Shown piece after piece: positions 26,246 to 39,399 of a stretch of 64,000 nt of DNA. Source of the DNA: Cetorhinus maximus (taxonomy: Eukaryota); the NCBI RefSeq assembly GCF_964194155.1, contig NC_135889.1:101122001-101186000 (forward strand), written 5' to 3'. The notes below the pieces were generated by a model. That model searched no databases, was not told the DNA's origin, and saw nothing but the letters and a program-made list of their open reading frames with translations. Both the position numbers and the translations under genes were made by a program. Numbering within the stretch: the first letter of the stretch is position 1; every line of letters begins with the position of its first letter.

Positions 26246-27419
26246 GCACTTTAATAAGGAACAATATACTGCCCTGACCATGGTGACGGAATAGATAGTT
26301 CAGACACTTGAAGGGTTTAAAATTGATAAGGAGGATGTATTGTATAAGCTGTCCATACTTAAAGTTGATAAGGCACCAGGACCAGATGAGATGCATCCAA
26401 GGATAATGAGGGAAGTGAGAGTGGAAATTGCAGGGGTACTGGTCATAATTTTTCAATTTTCTTCAGACTTAGGGATGGTGCCAGAGGACAGGAGAATTGG
26501 AAATATTTCACCCTTGTTCAAAAAAGGATGCAAAGATAAGCCCAAAAACTTCAGGCAAGTCAGTTTAACTTCAGTGGTGGGGAAGCTTCTGGAAACAATA
26601 ATTTGAGACAAAATTAATAGTCACTTGGGCAAAAGCAGGTTTATTAAGGAAAGCCCTCAGGGATTTGTTAAGGGAAAATTATGTTTAACTAGCTTGCTTG
26701 AGTTTTTTGATGAGGTAACGGAGGATTGATTAGGGTAACTCAGTTGATGTGGTGTACTTGGATTTCCAAAAGGCATTTGATAAATTCCGCACAGCTGACT
26801 TGTGAGCAAAGTTAGAGCTCATGGAATAAAAGGGACAGTAGTAACATAGGCCAGAATTTTATATGATAGTTCCGGGCGCGCGGCCAACCCAGAAGAACGT
26901 TAATTCGTGTGTGGTGACGTTGGGTGCCCATCTCACATCATCACGCATTCGTGATATTATGGTTAATGGGCACGCACGGGTGTCAGCAGTGTGCCCGCCA
27001 ACAACTAATCAGCCGCATAAGGCAATTAAAAGGGTAATTAACTGGAATTTTACATTGCCCATGTGATTTCTCAGTTGGCGCACGGACAACATGGGCAGGC
27101 AGCCATCCTGTTTTTTTCACTTTTCTCATTCAAGGTGGGAGAAACTGGGGCAGGAGCATTGGTTGTGTGAGTTGTTAGGAGTTCAGGTGAGAGCTTGCTG
27201 TTGCTTTATTGTTGGGATATCAGACCTTTTCCTCTGGTTTCTTCTGAAGTATTTGCTTTGTTAGCCTTGTTCTGAGGACTCTTCTGTTTTGTCACATCTG
27301 TTGGAGCATTCCTGCCCGGTGCAGCCTTCAGTACAGGGCAGTGCCATCTGCATCTCAGCAGGCAGAGATTATTTACTCCGTTGGGGTCACCTTCTCTGAG
27401 GAGGAATAGAGGGGCAGAA

Positions 27420-28510
27420 TGGAGAGGAGGCCAGGTGTCCATAGGCAGCGTCTCAGGGAGAGACCTGTGGGAGGAGAGGCGCAGGCACAGTGGCTGCAGG
27501 GCCAGCAGGGACTGCAAGTCGGATGGGACCGCAGAAGATGCCACTATCCTGCTGCCGTAGTGCACAGGCAGAAATCCAGCTACCTCAACATGTCTGAGGT
27601 CCAATGCCACAGGAAGTTCCGCCTCTCTAGGGACCCTGTGACATCATTATGCCAGATGATTGGGCCAAGATCGCCTCCAACTGTATGGGTGGGCACCCAA
27701 TACCAGCTCTGAAGGTCACAGTAGCCCTCAATTTTTATGCATCTGGATCTTTCCAGGAGTCAGTGGGGAATCTGTGTGGAGTGTTGCAATCAGCTATCCA
27801 TAGCTGCGTGATGCTTGTAACTGATGCTTTGTTCAGATGGGTCCTCACATTCATTCATTACCAGACGGACCAAGCCAGCCTGGCTGAGTGAGCCAGAGAC
27901 TTCGCAGCAATTGCTGGGTTCCCCCGCATCCAGGGTGCCATAGACTGTACTCATGTGGTCATCAAGGCACTAGCGGGCTAGCCGGGTGCCTTTGCGAATG
28001 AAAGGGTATACAGAGAATGTACAGATAGTTTGCAACCACAAGACACAGGCTCTGCAAGTCTGTGCAAAGTACCGTGGCAGCTCCCATGACACATGCATCC
28101 TGTGACACTCCCAGGCGCCAAGACTATTCATGGTTCCAGCTCAGCTGGATGGTTGGCTGCTGGGTGACAAAGGGTATCTGTTGAAAAGGTGGCTCATGAC
28201 ACCACCCTAGGGCAGAGGTGGAAGAGAGGTACAATCGAGTCATGCCTCCACAATAGGTCTACTGAAGATGAGGTACCATTGCCTGGACTGTTCCAGGAGT
28301 TCCCTGCAATATCCTCCAGCATGCGTGTCACTTATCATCGTGGTCTGCTGCACTCTGCACCATCTGGCACTAGCAAGGGGACCCACTTGAGGATGATGAT
28401 ACCGAGGAAGACTCTACAGATGGATCTGATGAGCAGCCTGAGTAGGCACAGGTTGAGGACAAGGATGCAGGCTTGATGAACATTCAGGGAGGCAGGGACA
28501 CCAGGCAGGC
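27420..28510 (+). pseudogene. Harbinger (HARBI1-like) DDE transposase, disrupted
   Basis: SYLNMSEVQCHRKFRLSR; LKVTVALNFYASGSFQ; FAAIAGFPRIQGAIDCTHV; KYRGSSHD; GWLLGDKGY. Confidence 0.9.
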
Positions 28511-28869
28511 CTTGATTCAATGCTCCTTCAGCTAGGGTTGCCAAGGTTTGGCTTCCATCTCAATGCAAGGGTGTCTCCTCCATCACACACATTTCTGAGA
28601 AGGCAATGCCATGACCCCAATGTCACCTCACAACGTTTGCAATAAAGTTTGCTGCCCCTGCCATCTATCATAAGGTACCGATGAGGCCTGCACCTATGAA
28701 AGACATGAAGGACACTCAGGGCTTTACCAGAGTTGCATACAAGGAACAAAACATAATGTGGTTTCCAAAGTCACACAAGAACAATACAAAGCATTGATGA
28801 AATGAATGCACGTCACCTGTGAAAACCCCATCCTATGCTCATGGTGCCTTAAATGTACACTTGTGAGTG

Positions 28870-29100
28870 CTACATCTTGGACCTCAGGAGATAACTGAAC
28901 CATTTCCAGCACTGGATCCATGTGTGGCGCACCACATCATGCCCACTCACCCAAGCAGCCATCTCCGTCTTGGCCTTTTCGTCTGGTGGGGTGGCCTCCT
29001 CTTACCATCCTGTGGCATGAGAATTTCACGCTGGGCACTCACTGCCTCCAAAAGCATGCAGGCACTTATCTGAGAATCGTGGGGCAGAGTGCCCACCAGC
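28870..29100 (-). pseudogene. Harbinger Myb/SANT-like (trihelix) DNA-binding protein, N-terminal remnant
   Basis: Manual translation of the minus strand gives SAPRFSD..LLEAVSAQREILMPQDGKRRPPHQTK..EMAAWVSGHDVVRHTWIQCWKWFSYLLRS, with frameshifts. It is convergent with the transposase and absent from the ORF track as such. Confidence 0.8.
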
Positions 29101-29562
29101 ATTGACATCCTGCCTACCATGCCCATCAGGCACTGAGGCCATCACTTATGCCACATTTTCCAGTCTCTTGTCAATAGCTCTGCTAGGCTCCTCCCCAACT
29201 CCTGGCAGCTTTTAGGGAGCTGCTTGGCCACATTTTATACTCCCCTCTGAGTCACCATTTGACCCAGTGTCCGCCATGCGCCCACCCCTGCTGGCAGTGC
29301 TGCACCGATGTCCAGGTGCGTTTAACGCTGGCTGGCCCTTAATTGGCTAGCCAGCATGAAATCGCATTGTTCCAACATTTGCGGGTGGAAGCAGACACCT
29401 CGGCTGCTTCCAGGCCCACTGATCATGCGTGCCCAAAATGCACAAAATTCAGGCCCTGGATATGAAATTGGCTCAGTGACAGGCACCAGAGAGTAGTGGT
29501 TAATGGTTGTTTTTCAGACTGGAGGAAAGTTGATAGTGGTGTTCCCCAGGGATTGATATTAG

Positions 29563-29671
29563 AACAAAAACAGAATTACCTGGAAAAACTCAGCAGGTCT
29601 GGCAGCATCGGCGGAGAAGAACAAAATTGACGTTTCGAGTCCTCATGGCCCTTCAACAGAACTAAGTAAAA
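29563..29671 (-). mobile_element. 109-bp Penelope-derived insert carrying a hammerhead motif
   Basis: 11-bp TSD ATTGATATTAG (29552-29562 and 29672-29682). Minus strand reads AGTT CTGTTGA AGGGCC ATGA GGACTC GAAA C GTC AATT. Confidence 0.8.
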
Positions 29672-30270
29672 ATTGATATTAGGGGCCCTGTTCTTCCTGA
29701 TATAGATTAATGTTGTACAGAGCACAGATTCAAAATTTGCAAATGATACAAAACTTGGAAGTAACATCAACTGTGAGGAGAATAGTTTAGAACTTCAAGA
29801 AGACATAGACAGATTGGTGGAATGGGCAGACAAGTGGCAGAAGAAATTTAATGCAGAGAAGTGTGAAGTGATTCATATTGGTAGGTAGAACACAGAGAGT
29901 TAATGTAACGTTAAGGGTACAATTCTGAAGGGGGCGCAGGAGCAGAGGATCCTGGATTTATATGTGGATAAATCATTGAAGGTGGCTCAACAGGTTGAGA
30001 AAGCAGTTACTAAAGCATACAGAATCCTGGGCATTATAAATAGGGGCACAGAGAACAAAAACAAGGATGTTATGTTGAACATGTAAAAAACATTAGATTG
30101 CCCTTAACTGGACTACTGCATCCAGTTTTGGGCATCGTACTTTAGGAAGGAAGTGAAGGCATTAGAGAGAGTGCAGAATAGGTTCGCGGGAATGCTTCCA
30201 GAGATGAGAAACTTCAGTTGCGAAGATAGATTGGAGAAGTTGGGACTGTTCTCCTTGAGGAAGAGAAGGT

Positions 30271-31375
30271 TGTTACAGACAGGGGAGAGATGGTAGGATG
30301 GTTCCCTTTTTTCCCCACCTCTTGATCCTCTAATGCCATGACTCTTAAGAATAGACAAAAGACAAATTTTCTTGTAATTTTTTTTAAAAAGGAGAATAAT
30401 TGTTTATTTCTCAACACCCAAATGTATTCGCAACAACACTCATGCACACACACACACACACAGACAAGCAGACAGACAAGAAAAGATGATTAGAAAGGCA
30501 GCATGCACATAGGTTTTTAAAAAGTCCAAAAATTCAGTGTTATGCTTGAGTCTTTCGAAATGGAAGGTTGAAATGTTGCAAGCCTGATGATTCCCTTTTA
30601 GTTCATTAAAAAATGGAGGTTAGAAGTTTCTGATGACACAGTGGCTTAATACTTGCAGCAGCAGGTTTCTGGCTTTGCTCCAGTTGAAGCACAGTCAAGC
30701 CCCGATAGTGAAGATCTGGTTTTGTTCTTCAAATCGGTAGGTAATTGGCTAGCTCCACTACTCTGCCTGTTAGTGGATTCTAGGCAGGGTTCTTCCTTTG
30801 TTAGCTGAGATCCCTTCCCTTTGAATCTCCTTTTCTCTAAGATTGGCTGACTGGCTGCTCTCAAAATGAGTGTTAATACGTGTTCCTTGTCACAATCTTA
30901 GTTTCTGTCAGGTGGCCACATTATTTGTTTTCCATTTGTCCACATAAATGGTCCCTGATGGCTTGAGCATTGACAAACAAAAGGGTTTGAGTTTCAGCCA
31001 TTTGCATCTCTTTGCCTCACTATAATTCTGTGAAATCCCATCCTGCAGCGAAGGAGCCTGTAGGGCCATTGTGCCTTAGTTTCTGCAGATATTTGGACAA
31101 TAGCGGCTATCAAATCCACAGGAAAGATCCATTGTATTTTGAGTTTTCTCCATGGAATGTCCCAAAACATAATTTGCATCTTAATATTCTGTCCAGACAA
31201 GCAGCCTAACTTCCAGTCTGGTGCATTTTCATATATGTTGGCAGACAAAAAGGGAGGTCATCTGAGCCCCCGACTCCATTTTGCTTTAAAGCAGATTGTT
31301 CAATCTCCGTTTTGTTTTTAAAAGTAAAGTGTCCAATTTCTATCAATCCATGGGTGTAACTCTATGGGCATAACA
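30271..31375. mobile_element. Solo LTR (1105 bp) inserted in CR1
   Basis: Termini TGTTAC...TAACA with 4-bp TSD AGGT. CR1 resumes immediately after. Homologous to 38279-39031. Confidence 0.85.
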
Positions 31376-33624
31376 AGGTTGAGGGAAAACTTGATAGAGG
31401 TATTCAGAATCATGAGGGATCTGGACAGAGCAGATAGGGAGAAATTGTTCCCAATGGTGGAAGGGTCAAGAACCAGAGGGCACAGGTTTAAGGTAATTGG
31501 CAAAAAAAGCAATAATATCATGAGGAACAACTTTTTCACTTATCGAGTGATTAGGGTCTGAAATGCGCTGCCTGAGAGTGTGGCTGAAGCAGGTTCAACT
31601 GAGGCATTCAAAAGGGAATTGGATTATTATGTGAAAAGGTAAAATTTACAGGGCTACAGGGAAAAGGCAGGGGAGTGGCACTAGGTGAATTGCTCCTTCA
31701 GACAACCAGCATAGGCCAAAGGGCCTCCTTTTGTGCTGTAACCATTCTATGATTTATAGGAAGGTTTATGATTATCAAAGAATGTTTACCTCTTAATTCA
31801 TCACAACTAGCTCATTGAGAAAAGTCATTAAGTGTGGGTAAGGAAGCTGGCCTTTTTGAAGACAGGGAGGCAATATCAGGGGATGAGTCTCCTCAAGCCA
31901 GACCTAGGGTGCATTTCCACTACAGCTGTTGTCACAATCTGGTGTCAAGGTCCAACCTTAGAATGAACAAAGGCGAGTGAGACTGCTGAGAGCGGGAGGT
32001 CTCATTTTTAGTGTTTCAAAGTTAGTTCAGACCTTCACACCTGATTTATATTCCAAGTTTGGTGTTGGTGTGAAATGGTTTCGGCACCATTCCGATGCTA
32101 AACTTGAGTGTGAATGCATCATCACATGCTTTTTGAGAGCAAAAATTGATAGCAATATTCACAAGGCAAAGGGAATAGTACTCATTGGGGCAGTCTTAAA
32201 AGAAAGGGAGAAATGTGAGAAAAGTGAGTGATGGTAAATGAATCAATAAATAAAATACGCTGTTCTAACAAAAATGAATGGAAGGAAAATGGTCTTTTGA
32301 AAACTACATAGGATTGAAAGCACTAATAGATATGTATTTAAAGGTAATAGGACATGTATATGGATCTTCATTATAGATGACTGGTAAATTGAGTAGTGAT
32401 GTGAGGAATTCTGTAATGCAGCAAGACCAAAACTACCTATATCACAATTCTTATATAATAGAATTTCATTCACTGTTAAAACAGTTGATAGGAGGATGAA
32501 AAATAAGAAGTTATGCTCATAAGTCATTTCTGTAAGATAAAATCTATTCTGACGATAAAATTAAAAAATATATATATAGGATCCATTAAAGGACACTTAA
32601 AAATATAGAAATGTTTATTTGTTTTTAATGCACAATGCTTAGTTACACTTTGGTTGTGTTAAATATGCATTGGACAGAGGCTACATTTGAATGACACATA
32701 GGGATTGAAATTGCACTTTATTGCCTACATTTAACTACTTCCAAGCTTTGTAAAAAGGTGTTTCAGAATTTCTGTTCCTGTGAATAGCACATTTTCCACA
32801 AAATTATGCTCCATTATCAGGAATATTCACAGATAAAAAATTTGCAATTAGAATGTCTCATACTGCTATCACTTTAAATTTGCTGCAGTTTGCCAAATTG
32901 GTGAACTAAAAGTCACACAACACATTATACAGGTAACTTGATGTAGTTTCAGCAACACCAAAAGCTGTTTGCTTAATATAGCAGCTACAATGATTTGAGT
33001 ACCAGGAGCAAATACAAATGGAGGTAGCAAATTAGTTTTCATGTTTAGGTTCAGTCCTGGAGACGGTCAAAAGTAAAGATCACTGTGATTTTCTTCTTTT
33101 AAAATGCCCTTTAAAAATGATAGGTCTGAAAGTCCAACATCACTGTTGGTGCCACCAGAGGTGAAACAGAGCTGCTCTTCCGCCGAGCTTGATGCCAAGT
33201 CCAGATTCTGTCCTAAACTACAGGTTCAGATAATTTTGAAATATGCAGAGGTGTGCAATTCTAACTCACAATGTCTGAGATATGCTTGGAGGAAAGGGGC
33301 TCAGAAACTCCTCAAGTGGAAGAGAGTACGACCCACAAAGTGGAGTGGGAAGCATGGCAAGGGGAAATAGATTTGAGAGATATGCAGTCCTGCTACATCT
33401 AGTCCTACTTACAGGGAAAATGGCAGCGATGGAGAAAACAATAGGATAAAAGATGGCAGCCAGATCAAAGCAACATGGATACTTTCAGAGACTCTGAGCT
33501 GGATGTCTTCTTAAGAAAGAATTGAAGCAAGAGAGACAAAATGTGGTTGAAGCAAAAGATGCCTGAAACAGACTGTATGCACTTTGTGGAAGAAGATTGA
33601 GACAGATTAAGAAACTTTGGTTCA

Positions 33625-34200
33625 GGTATCATCCACCTAAGGGTTTTTTAAGAAATTGGACAAATACTATGCAAGCCCAATAGCTTGCTGGAATTGAGAA
33701 TTGTTCCCTCAGACTGTACAGAAGCTAATATAGTTCCAATATCATTCTAATTTTTGAACAAAGGGTGATAAGGCAGAACCAGGTAACTATAAACCGTTAG
33801 TTTTACTTCTGTATTAGGTAATGATCTTGAATATATCATACAAAATGCCCGACATGACCTCTTTGTTGGATCATGGACACTCAATACTGCTTCAAGAAAA
33901 GAAGGCCGTGTCTTAATAATTTGATTAAAGTTAGGAGAGGAGGACAGCCAACTAGACATTGTAGACAACCTTTTATAAGATACCTCTCAAGGCTTCTCTA
34001 CAAGATGGAATATTGAGGAATGGATTAAGAATTGGCTATATACCCATAGGCAGAAAGGTGTTATCTGCTTGGAGACTGGTTAGCACCAATGTTCTACTGA
34101 GACTGATGTTGGGACCATTGCTCTTTACTACCTTCATTAATATCCTAGATATACGTATTAAATGATCCACAAGTTTGCAGATGATGTGAAGCTTTGTTTC
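33625..34200 (+). mobile_element. Old CR1 RT fragment
   Basis: EANIVPI..KGDKAEPGNYKPLVLL, LGPLLFTTFIN and KFADDVK. Confidence 0.65.
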
Positions 34201-35649
34201 ACTGCTTTGAAATACTGCAGGCTTAGGTGAAACACTTCCAAGCTAAATAAATTAGTAATACACATTATTATAGATTCAATATACTATTATTAATATAGAA
34301 TATTTTATAACAAGGTATGCAAAATAGTCATACACACAATAGTAATACCATCTCAAGCAACATTTTCAGGGAAAGACTGTGTGACAAGAGAAAAATCACA
34401 AAATGTCACATTTCCTTTGCTTCATTCAGTGTCAATAGGGTGCTAAAACTTAGAGTGTACATTTTGGAAATGGAAAAGTATGATGAATACACTGCAGTAT
34501 TTGTTTGATATTAGTTAAATGAATTATTAATTTTATCATGGCTTAGGTGACAGATGATATTAGAACATTAAATTATTAATTTCATATGCACATTGAGAGA
34601 CTGAATATAGGAAGAGAGGCAAACAAAACAGCAGTCATGAAAACAGCAGGATATTTCTCGGTTTCAGAGCATTTTACATTATTCATGTTAAGGTCAGTTA
34701 ATCTAAAAGGTAACAGAAATAATAGAACAAGAGCACAATTATGCATTTTGTTCTGTTAGTACTTGTTTTACAGTTATTTGATTAGTAGTAATATACATAC
34801 AACAATTTTCTAAAATAACCATTTTGAAACAGTCTGAATTCGGGAAACAATAGGATTTCATAACCACTGGATGCACTTAAGTCAGTAGTTTCAGGAAGAA
34901 ATACCTCATCCACACATCAGTAAATTTACAACCATCTTCAAACAAAATGCACCAGCTAAACAATGCAAATGTGTTCAGCTTTGAAATGAAAATCCTTGTC
35001 TTTCCCGTTAACGCATTAACATTATCTAAAACTGACAAAAATCACAATTTTCCCTCTTAAAACAACATAAAACAGCATAAAACAAATCCTCGTGTACAAC
35101 GTGGCATTTTTGTATTCCATTTCTGTCGTTGACCACTTGTTTCCCTCACCCCCCACAATGTGTACATGCACACACACACATGCAAACGCACACTGCATTT
35201 ATCACGTTACATTCTTCTTCTTCTATTAGATGGAAATTAATCTGAATCACAAGTATCTTCACCATTAATACTACTGGTCGGCTGAGTTCAAGCAGGGCAA
35301 ACTGAAGAAGACTGTTTTCTTCCAACTCCCACCAAACTAGGACAGAAGGCCTCAGACTTAAAGCTTAAAGGCAAGTATACTATTTGAATATTTGCACTGA
35401 TTATTAATTAAATTATTCCCTTTGTGCACTTAGATCACATTGCAACATCCAATGCTAATGCAATACATTTTCATAGGTGCAGCAACAGGAAAGTATTGAT
35501 GTAACAGAAGTCCAATAGAGCAAAATCTCAAAACAATGGTCTTGACCTCAAAATCAACATGATGACTAATTACTGAAAATGTTTCTAGATATAATATTTT
35601 GCATCACAGGTATGGTGCTCCTTTTTCAAAATGTTCATATCACTGTGAC

Positions 35650-36890
35650 CTTGGTAAGTTATCACTCCTTGATCTTCAACCACACCAACTTCCTCCACAG
35701 TCTCTCTAGTGTTGTCCCATGCCATTGGGCTGACATAGTTCTGTTCCACTTTTACCTATGTGGACTTAAGCAGAGCATCACAACAATGGCTCTTTCTTTC
35801 AACTCCTGCACCATTAGTTCAAGAGTCCCTCATGGATCCATCATTGGTCCCCTTATCTTCTTCATTTGTGTGTTGCTGACGTAATCTACAAACTTGGTCC
35901 CAGCTTGAAGATATCCAGCTCTAACTGTCCACCTTCTACTTTGACCTTTACCGCCTCTGTCAGACCTGCTTGCCATTCGATCTTATATGAATTGTTTCTT
36001 CATCTAACCAAACTGAAGCCATCATCGTTGTCCTTCATCACAAATTCCATGTGCTTACCATTGCTTCTGTCGCTTCACTCTAGCCATTTTTTCAGTTGTG
36101 CCTAACTTTTCTAACCTTAAAATAAAAATAAAATACTGTGGATGCTGAAGATCTGAAGTAAAAACAGAAAGTGCGAGAAACACTCTGGCAGGATCTGTGG
36201 AGACAGAGTTAACATTTCGAGTCCAATATGACTCTTCTTCAGAACCCTTTTCAAACCATGATATCTATTTCAGTGCCAGACTGAGCTTCTGAATCCATAT
36301 TCTCTCCATTAAGTGAATCACCTATTTTAACCTCTGTAATATTGCCTGTATTCAGTCCTATCTTTGACTTTGCCACTGAATCTTTCATGCATTTCTTTGC
36401 CATTTCTAGGGTTAATTACTACAATCGTCTCCAGATGAACCTCCCATCCCCCACATTTCATAAGCTTTAGCTCACTGAAGGCTGTTGCATGTATCCTTTC
36501 CCACGTCAATTCTTCCTCACCCTTTACCATTGTCTTCATTATATTGATGCCTGCTTCTCTAAATCCTCAAGTTTAAAATTCTCATTCTTCCTTCCTATCC
36601 TTCCAAAATCTCTGTAACCTCTGCATGCACTATAACTCCTTTGCCTGCCTCCACTTCTCTTGTGCTTTCTTACTACATTTCAAACTACCATTAAAGACCA
36701 TGCATTTCTCTGGAATTCCATTCAGAAATCATTCTGCCTCCCCATGTCTTGCTCCACTGTTCAAATCTTCATTAAAGCTCGCCTCTTTGATCCTGCTTTT
36801 GGCTACCTTTCTTAATATCACTGGGTCAACAGTCAACCTTTTTGTCATATTTCTGTGAAGCAGCTTGGGATGTTTTTCAATGTTAAAGGT
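35650..36890 (+). mobile_element. Old L2 LINE 3' portion
   Basis: RVPHGSIIGPLIFFI (GVPQGS block) and L2-type tail TGTGAAGCAGCTTGGGATGTTTTTCAATGTTAAAGG. Confidence 0.7.
36119..36246 (-). mobile_element. Short Penelope-derived insert carrying a hammerhead motif
   Basis: Approximate 13-bp TSD CTTTTCTAACCTT / CTTTTCAAACCAT. Minus strand reads GTT CTGAAGA A GAGTC atattg GACTC GAAA TGTT AACT. Confidence 0.75.
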
Positions 36891-37274
36891 TCTTATTACA
36901 ACTGCTTAAACTAAAGAAAAGTTATAATTTGACATATTTCACTGCAAGATTTGTTTTAGGGAGAAGCTGCATGTTTGTCACAAAGATGCAGGGAGATCCG
37001 TTTTGCGTACTTAACAAAAGTTAATTGACAGTTTCAGAGAAGCTGACACTGCTCCCCAGAAGCTGACAACACAGGAATGGACCTCATTACAATCTGATAC
37101 TCTTCCTCCAGGGCAATTCAGTTTGTTTAAGTTGATGCTTAGTCTGAATCTTCCAGGCTTGGGCATTAGAACCATTTCTGGGTCCCAACCCCACTCATGT
37201 CAGCAGCCACCTCTCCATATGACATCCAATTAGACACATACAGCTGCAAAAGAGCCAATTGAAGCATTTTTAAA

Positions 37275-37630
37275 AAATTCATTCATGGGATGTCAGTATC
37301 GCTGGCTAGGCCAGTATGTATTGCCCATCTCTAATTGCCCTTGTTCAGAAGGCATTTTATGAGTCAACCACATTGCTGTGGGTCTGGAGTCACATGTAGG
37401 CCAGGTAATGATGGCAGATTTCCTTCCCTAAAGGGCATTAGTGAACCAGATGGATTTTTACAACAATTGACAATGGTTTCATGATCATCATTAGACTTTT
37501 AATTCCAGATTTTTATTCAATTCAAATTCTACTATCTGCCACGGCAGAATTTGAACCTGGGTCCCCAGAGCATTACCCTGGGTCTCTGGATTACTCATCC
37601 AGCAACAATACCACAACACCATCACCTCCC
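37275..37630 (-). mobile_element. tRNA-derived SINE made of the 5' head and 3' tail of the 42.5-46.1 kb LINE
   Basis: Minus strand has A-box TGGTGTTGTGG, B-box GGTTCAAATTC, body CATCTGGTTCACTAATG and tail GGCAATTAGAGATGGGCAATA..CATCCCATGAATGAA. Confidence 0.85.
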
Positions 37631-38278
37631 TCTGATGGGAGGGCCTAGTGGTAGAGGTGAGCACTGCTCAGGCAGAATGGGAGGGCACCTCAGGGTGCAA
37701 GCATTTTGCCTTCGGATGTGCTGCATACAAATATTCTGCTCCTTTACACAGGAAGATCCAAAATTATATGATGGCACTCCAAGTTCATGCTGTGAAGCCA
37801 CCTCCAATATATTACCCAATGTAATGGGGTACCCCTGCAATGCTGGTAAACTTGCTTCCTTCTCTGAAAATCACTTGTAATTGAGGCCTTAGATATCATA
37901 ATTGCCTGCTCACTGCAGATAGATAGCCATTACCACGGGGAACCACCCTTCAGGAAAATCTCCTTAAAGTGGAAACACATTGAGGAGCCAACCCAACGAG
38001 CTTCAATTCAAATTCCCATGCACCCCCAAACTCCAAATCCACCTCCAGGGATCTGGGAAAATTGAAGTATCTATCTTTCACCTTCAATTAATGCTACAAT
38101 TCCTAAAGTACCCTTCCCAGCCACTGTCCCTTTTCTCATCTCAATATTTTCCCTTCTCACTTCCCTTCATCATCCATTTTCTTCCTTGTTTCTATCCTTT
38201 AATACCATCCATTCCTCTTCCCCCTTTTGAGAATTTTGACCTCTACTATTATAAGGCCTGAAATGCTATCAATAATGT

Positions 38279-39031
38279 TGTTATGGACAGAGGAGAGATG
38301 GTAGGATGATTCCCCCCTTTTTCTCACCCCTTGACCAACCACAGCAAGATTTGTTTTAAAGGAGTGTTTCAACCCCTTGAATGCTGTGACTCTCAAGAAA
38401 AGACACAAGGCAGGTGTTCTCAGAAGTTTAAAAAAAAGAATGAATGTTTGTCTACCTTTGTCTTTGTCTATCAGACTGATTGATTTCTGGGTGCTCTCAA
38501 GATGAATATTAATAAAGTGTTTCTTATCATAAGTTGGCCTCTGTCAGGTGACCATAGTGTCGGTCTTCCCATTATCTACATAGATGGTCCCTGATGATGT
38601 TAGCATTGACACACAGTGGAGTATTTGAATCTTGGTCATTTGTAGCTCCTTATGATAGAATGGTTTCTCTTCACACCCATTTTTGTGGAGTTTCATTCTG
38701 CAGCCACTAAGCCAATGTGGTCATTGTGCATCAGTCTCTATAGGCATTTAGACAATAGTTTCTGTTAAATCTACAGGAGAGATCTGTTGCATTTTTAATG
38801 TGTCCCCAGGAGTATTACAAAATATTGTTTACATTTTAACGTCCTGTCCAGACAAGCAGGCTACTCCCAGCCATATGTATATAGCTATGTATATTTGCAG
38901 ACAAGGAGGGAAGTCACCTGACCCTCTTGACTCCACCTGTTACAATGCAGATTGTCCATTCCCAAGCTGTTTTTTTTAAATAAAGTGTTCATTTTTCATA
39001 AATTGGTAGGCATAACTACTTGGGCGTGACA
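38279..39031. mobile_element. Solo LTR (753 bp), same family as 30271-31375
   Basis: Termini TGTTAT...GTGACA with 4-bp TSD ATGT. Shares GGAGAGATGGTAGGATG, CTGTCCAGACAAGCAG and GATGGTCCCTGATG-like blocks. Confidence 0.85.
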
Positions 39032-39399
39032 ATGTTAAGAGCATTGAGGGTAATGGACTCAGGAAAGAATGAAACTGAAGGGGATGGACTGGTCCATATC
39101 GATTATTGACACAAAAAAAACATAGGCAAACTAACGGGGACCCTGTCTATTAATGTGAAACACAGGCAGTTGGCATTCAAGAACATCATAAATCCAAACT
39201 AACTTCAATCTAATTCCATGTTGAGGAAATAGTATTAAACCTCGAATAATACCCTGAACACCAATTCAGTTTTGAATAAAAGTACAAAATGTATTTTTAA
39301 CATCTAAAATCCATATTAAACGTATGTACTACAATCAGTTAACAATAGCTTTAAATGATAAATTGGTGAAAGCTTCTGTGATAACTCATTGGACACGTA

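Larger units (their letters stand above)
26849..29455 (+). mobile_element. PIF/Harbinger transposon, 2.6 kb, decayed two-gene element
   Basis: TIRs GGCCAGAATTTT / AAAATTCAGGCC. Inserted in CR1 RT between HGIKGTVVT and WI.NWLSDRHQRV. Flanks ATA/CTG are a plausible decayed ATG TSD. Confidence 0.92.
24660..31757 (+). mobile_element. CR1 ORF2 remnant hosting four nested insertions
   Basis: DKAPGPDEMHPRIMRE, NFRQVSLTSVVGKLLE, VYLDFQKAFDK, GVPQG, KFANDTKLG and RLRENLIEVFRIM occur collinearly across the insertions. The tail ATTCTATGATT is at about 31750. Confidence 0.88.

Noticed and set aside
27419-28476. Domesticated HARBI1 host gene
   Set aside because: It has multiple stops and frameshifts, is bounded by TIRs and sits inside a LINE.
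32243-32527. 94-aa hydrophobic ORF preceded by an acceptor-like site
   Set aside because: AT-rich composition explains the hydrophobicity, and no recognisable protein motif is present.
33440-33610. Possible second Myb/SANT remnant (FRDSELDVFL..LWKKI)
   Set aside because: Too degraded to support, and element boundaries were not found.
30271-39031. A single 8.8-kb provirus bounded by the two similar LTRs
   Set aside because: Each LTR has its own TSD and the intervening DNA has no gag/pol.
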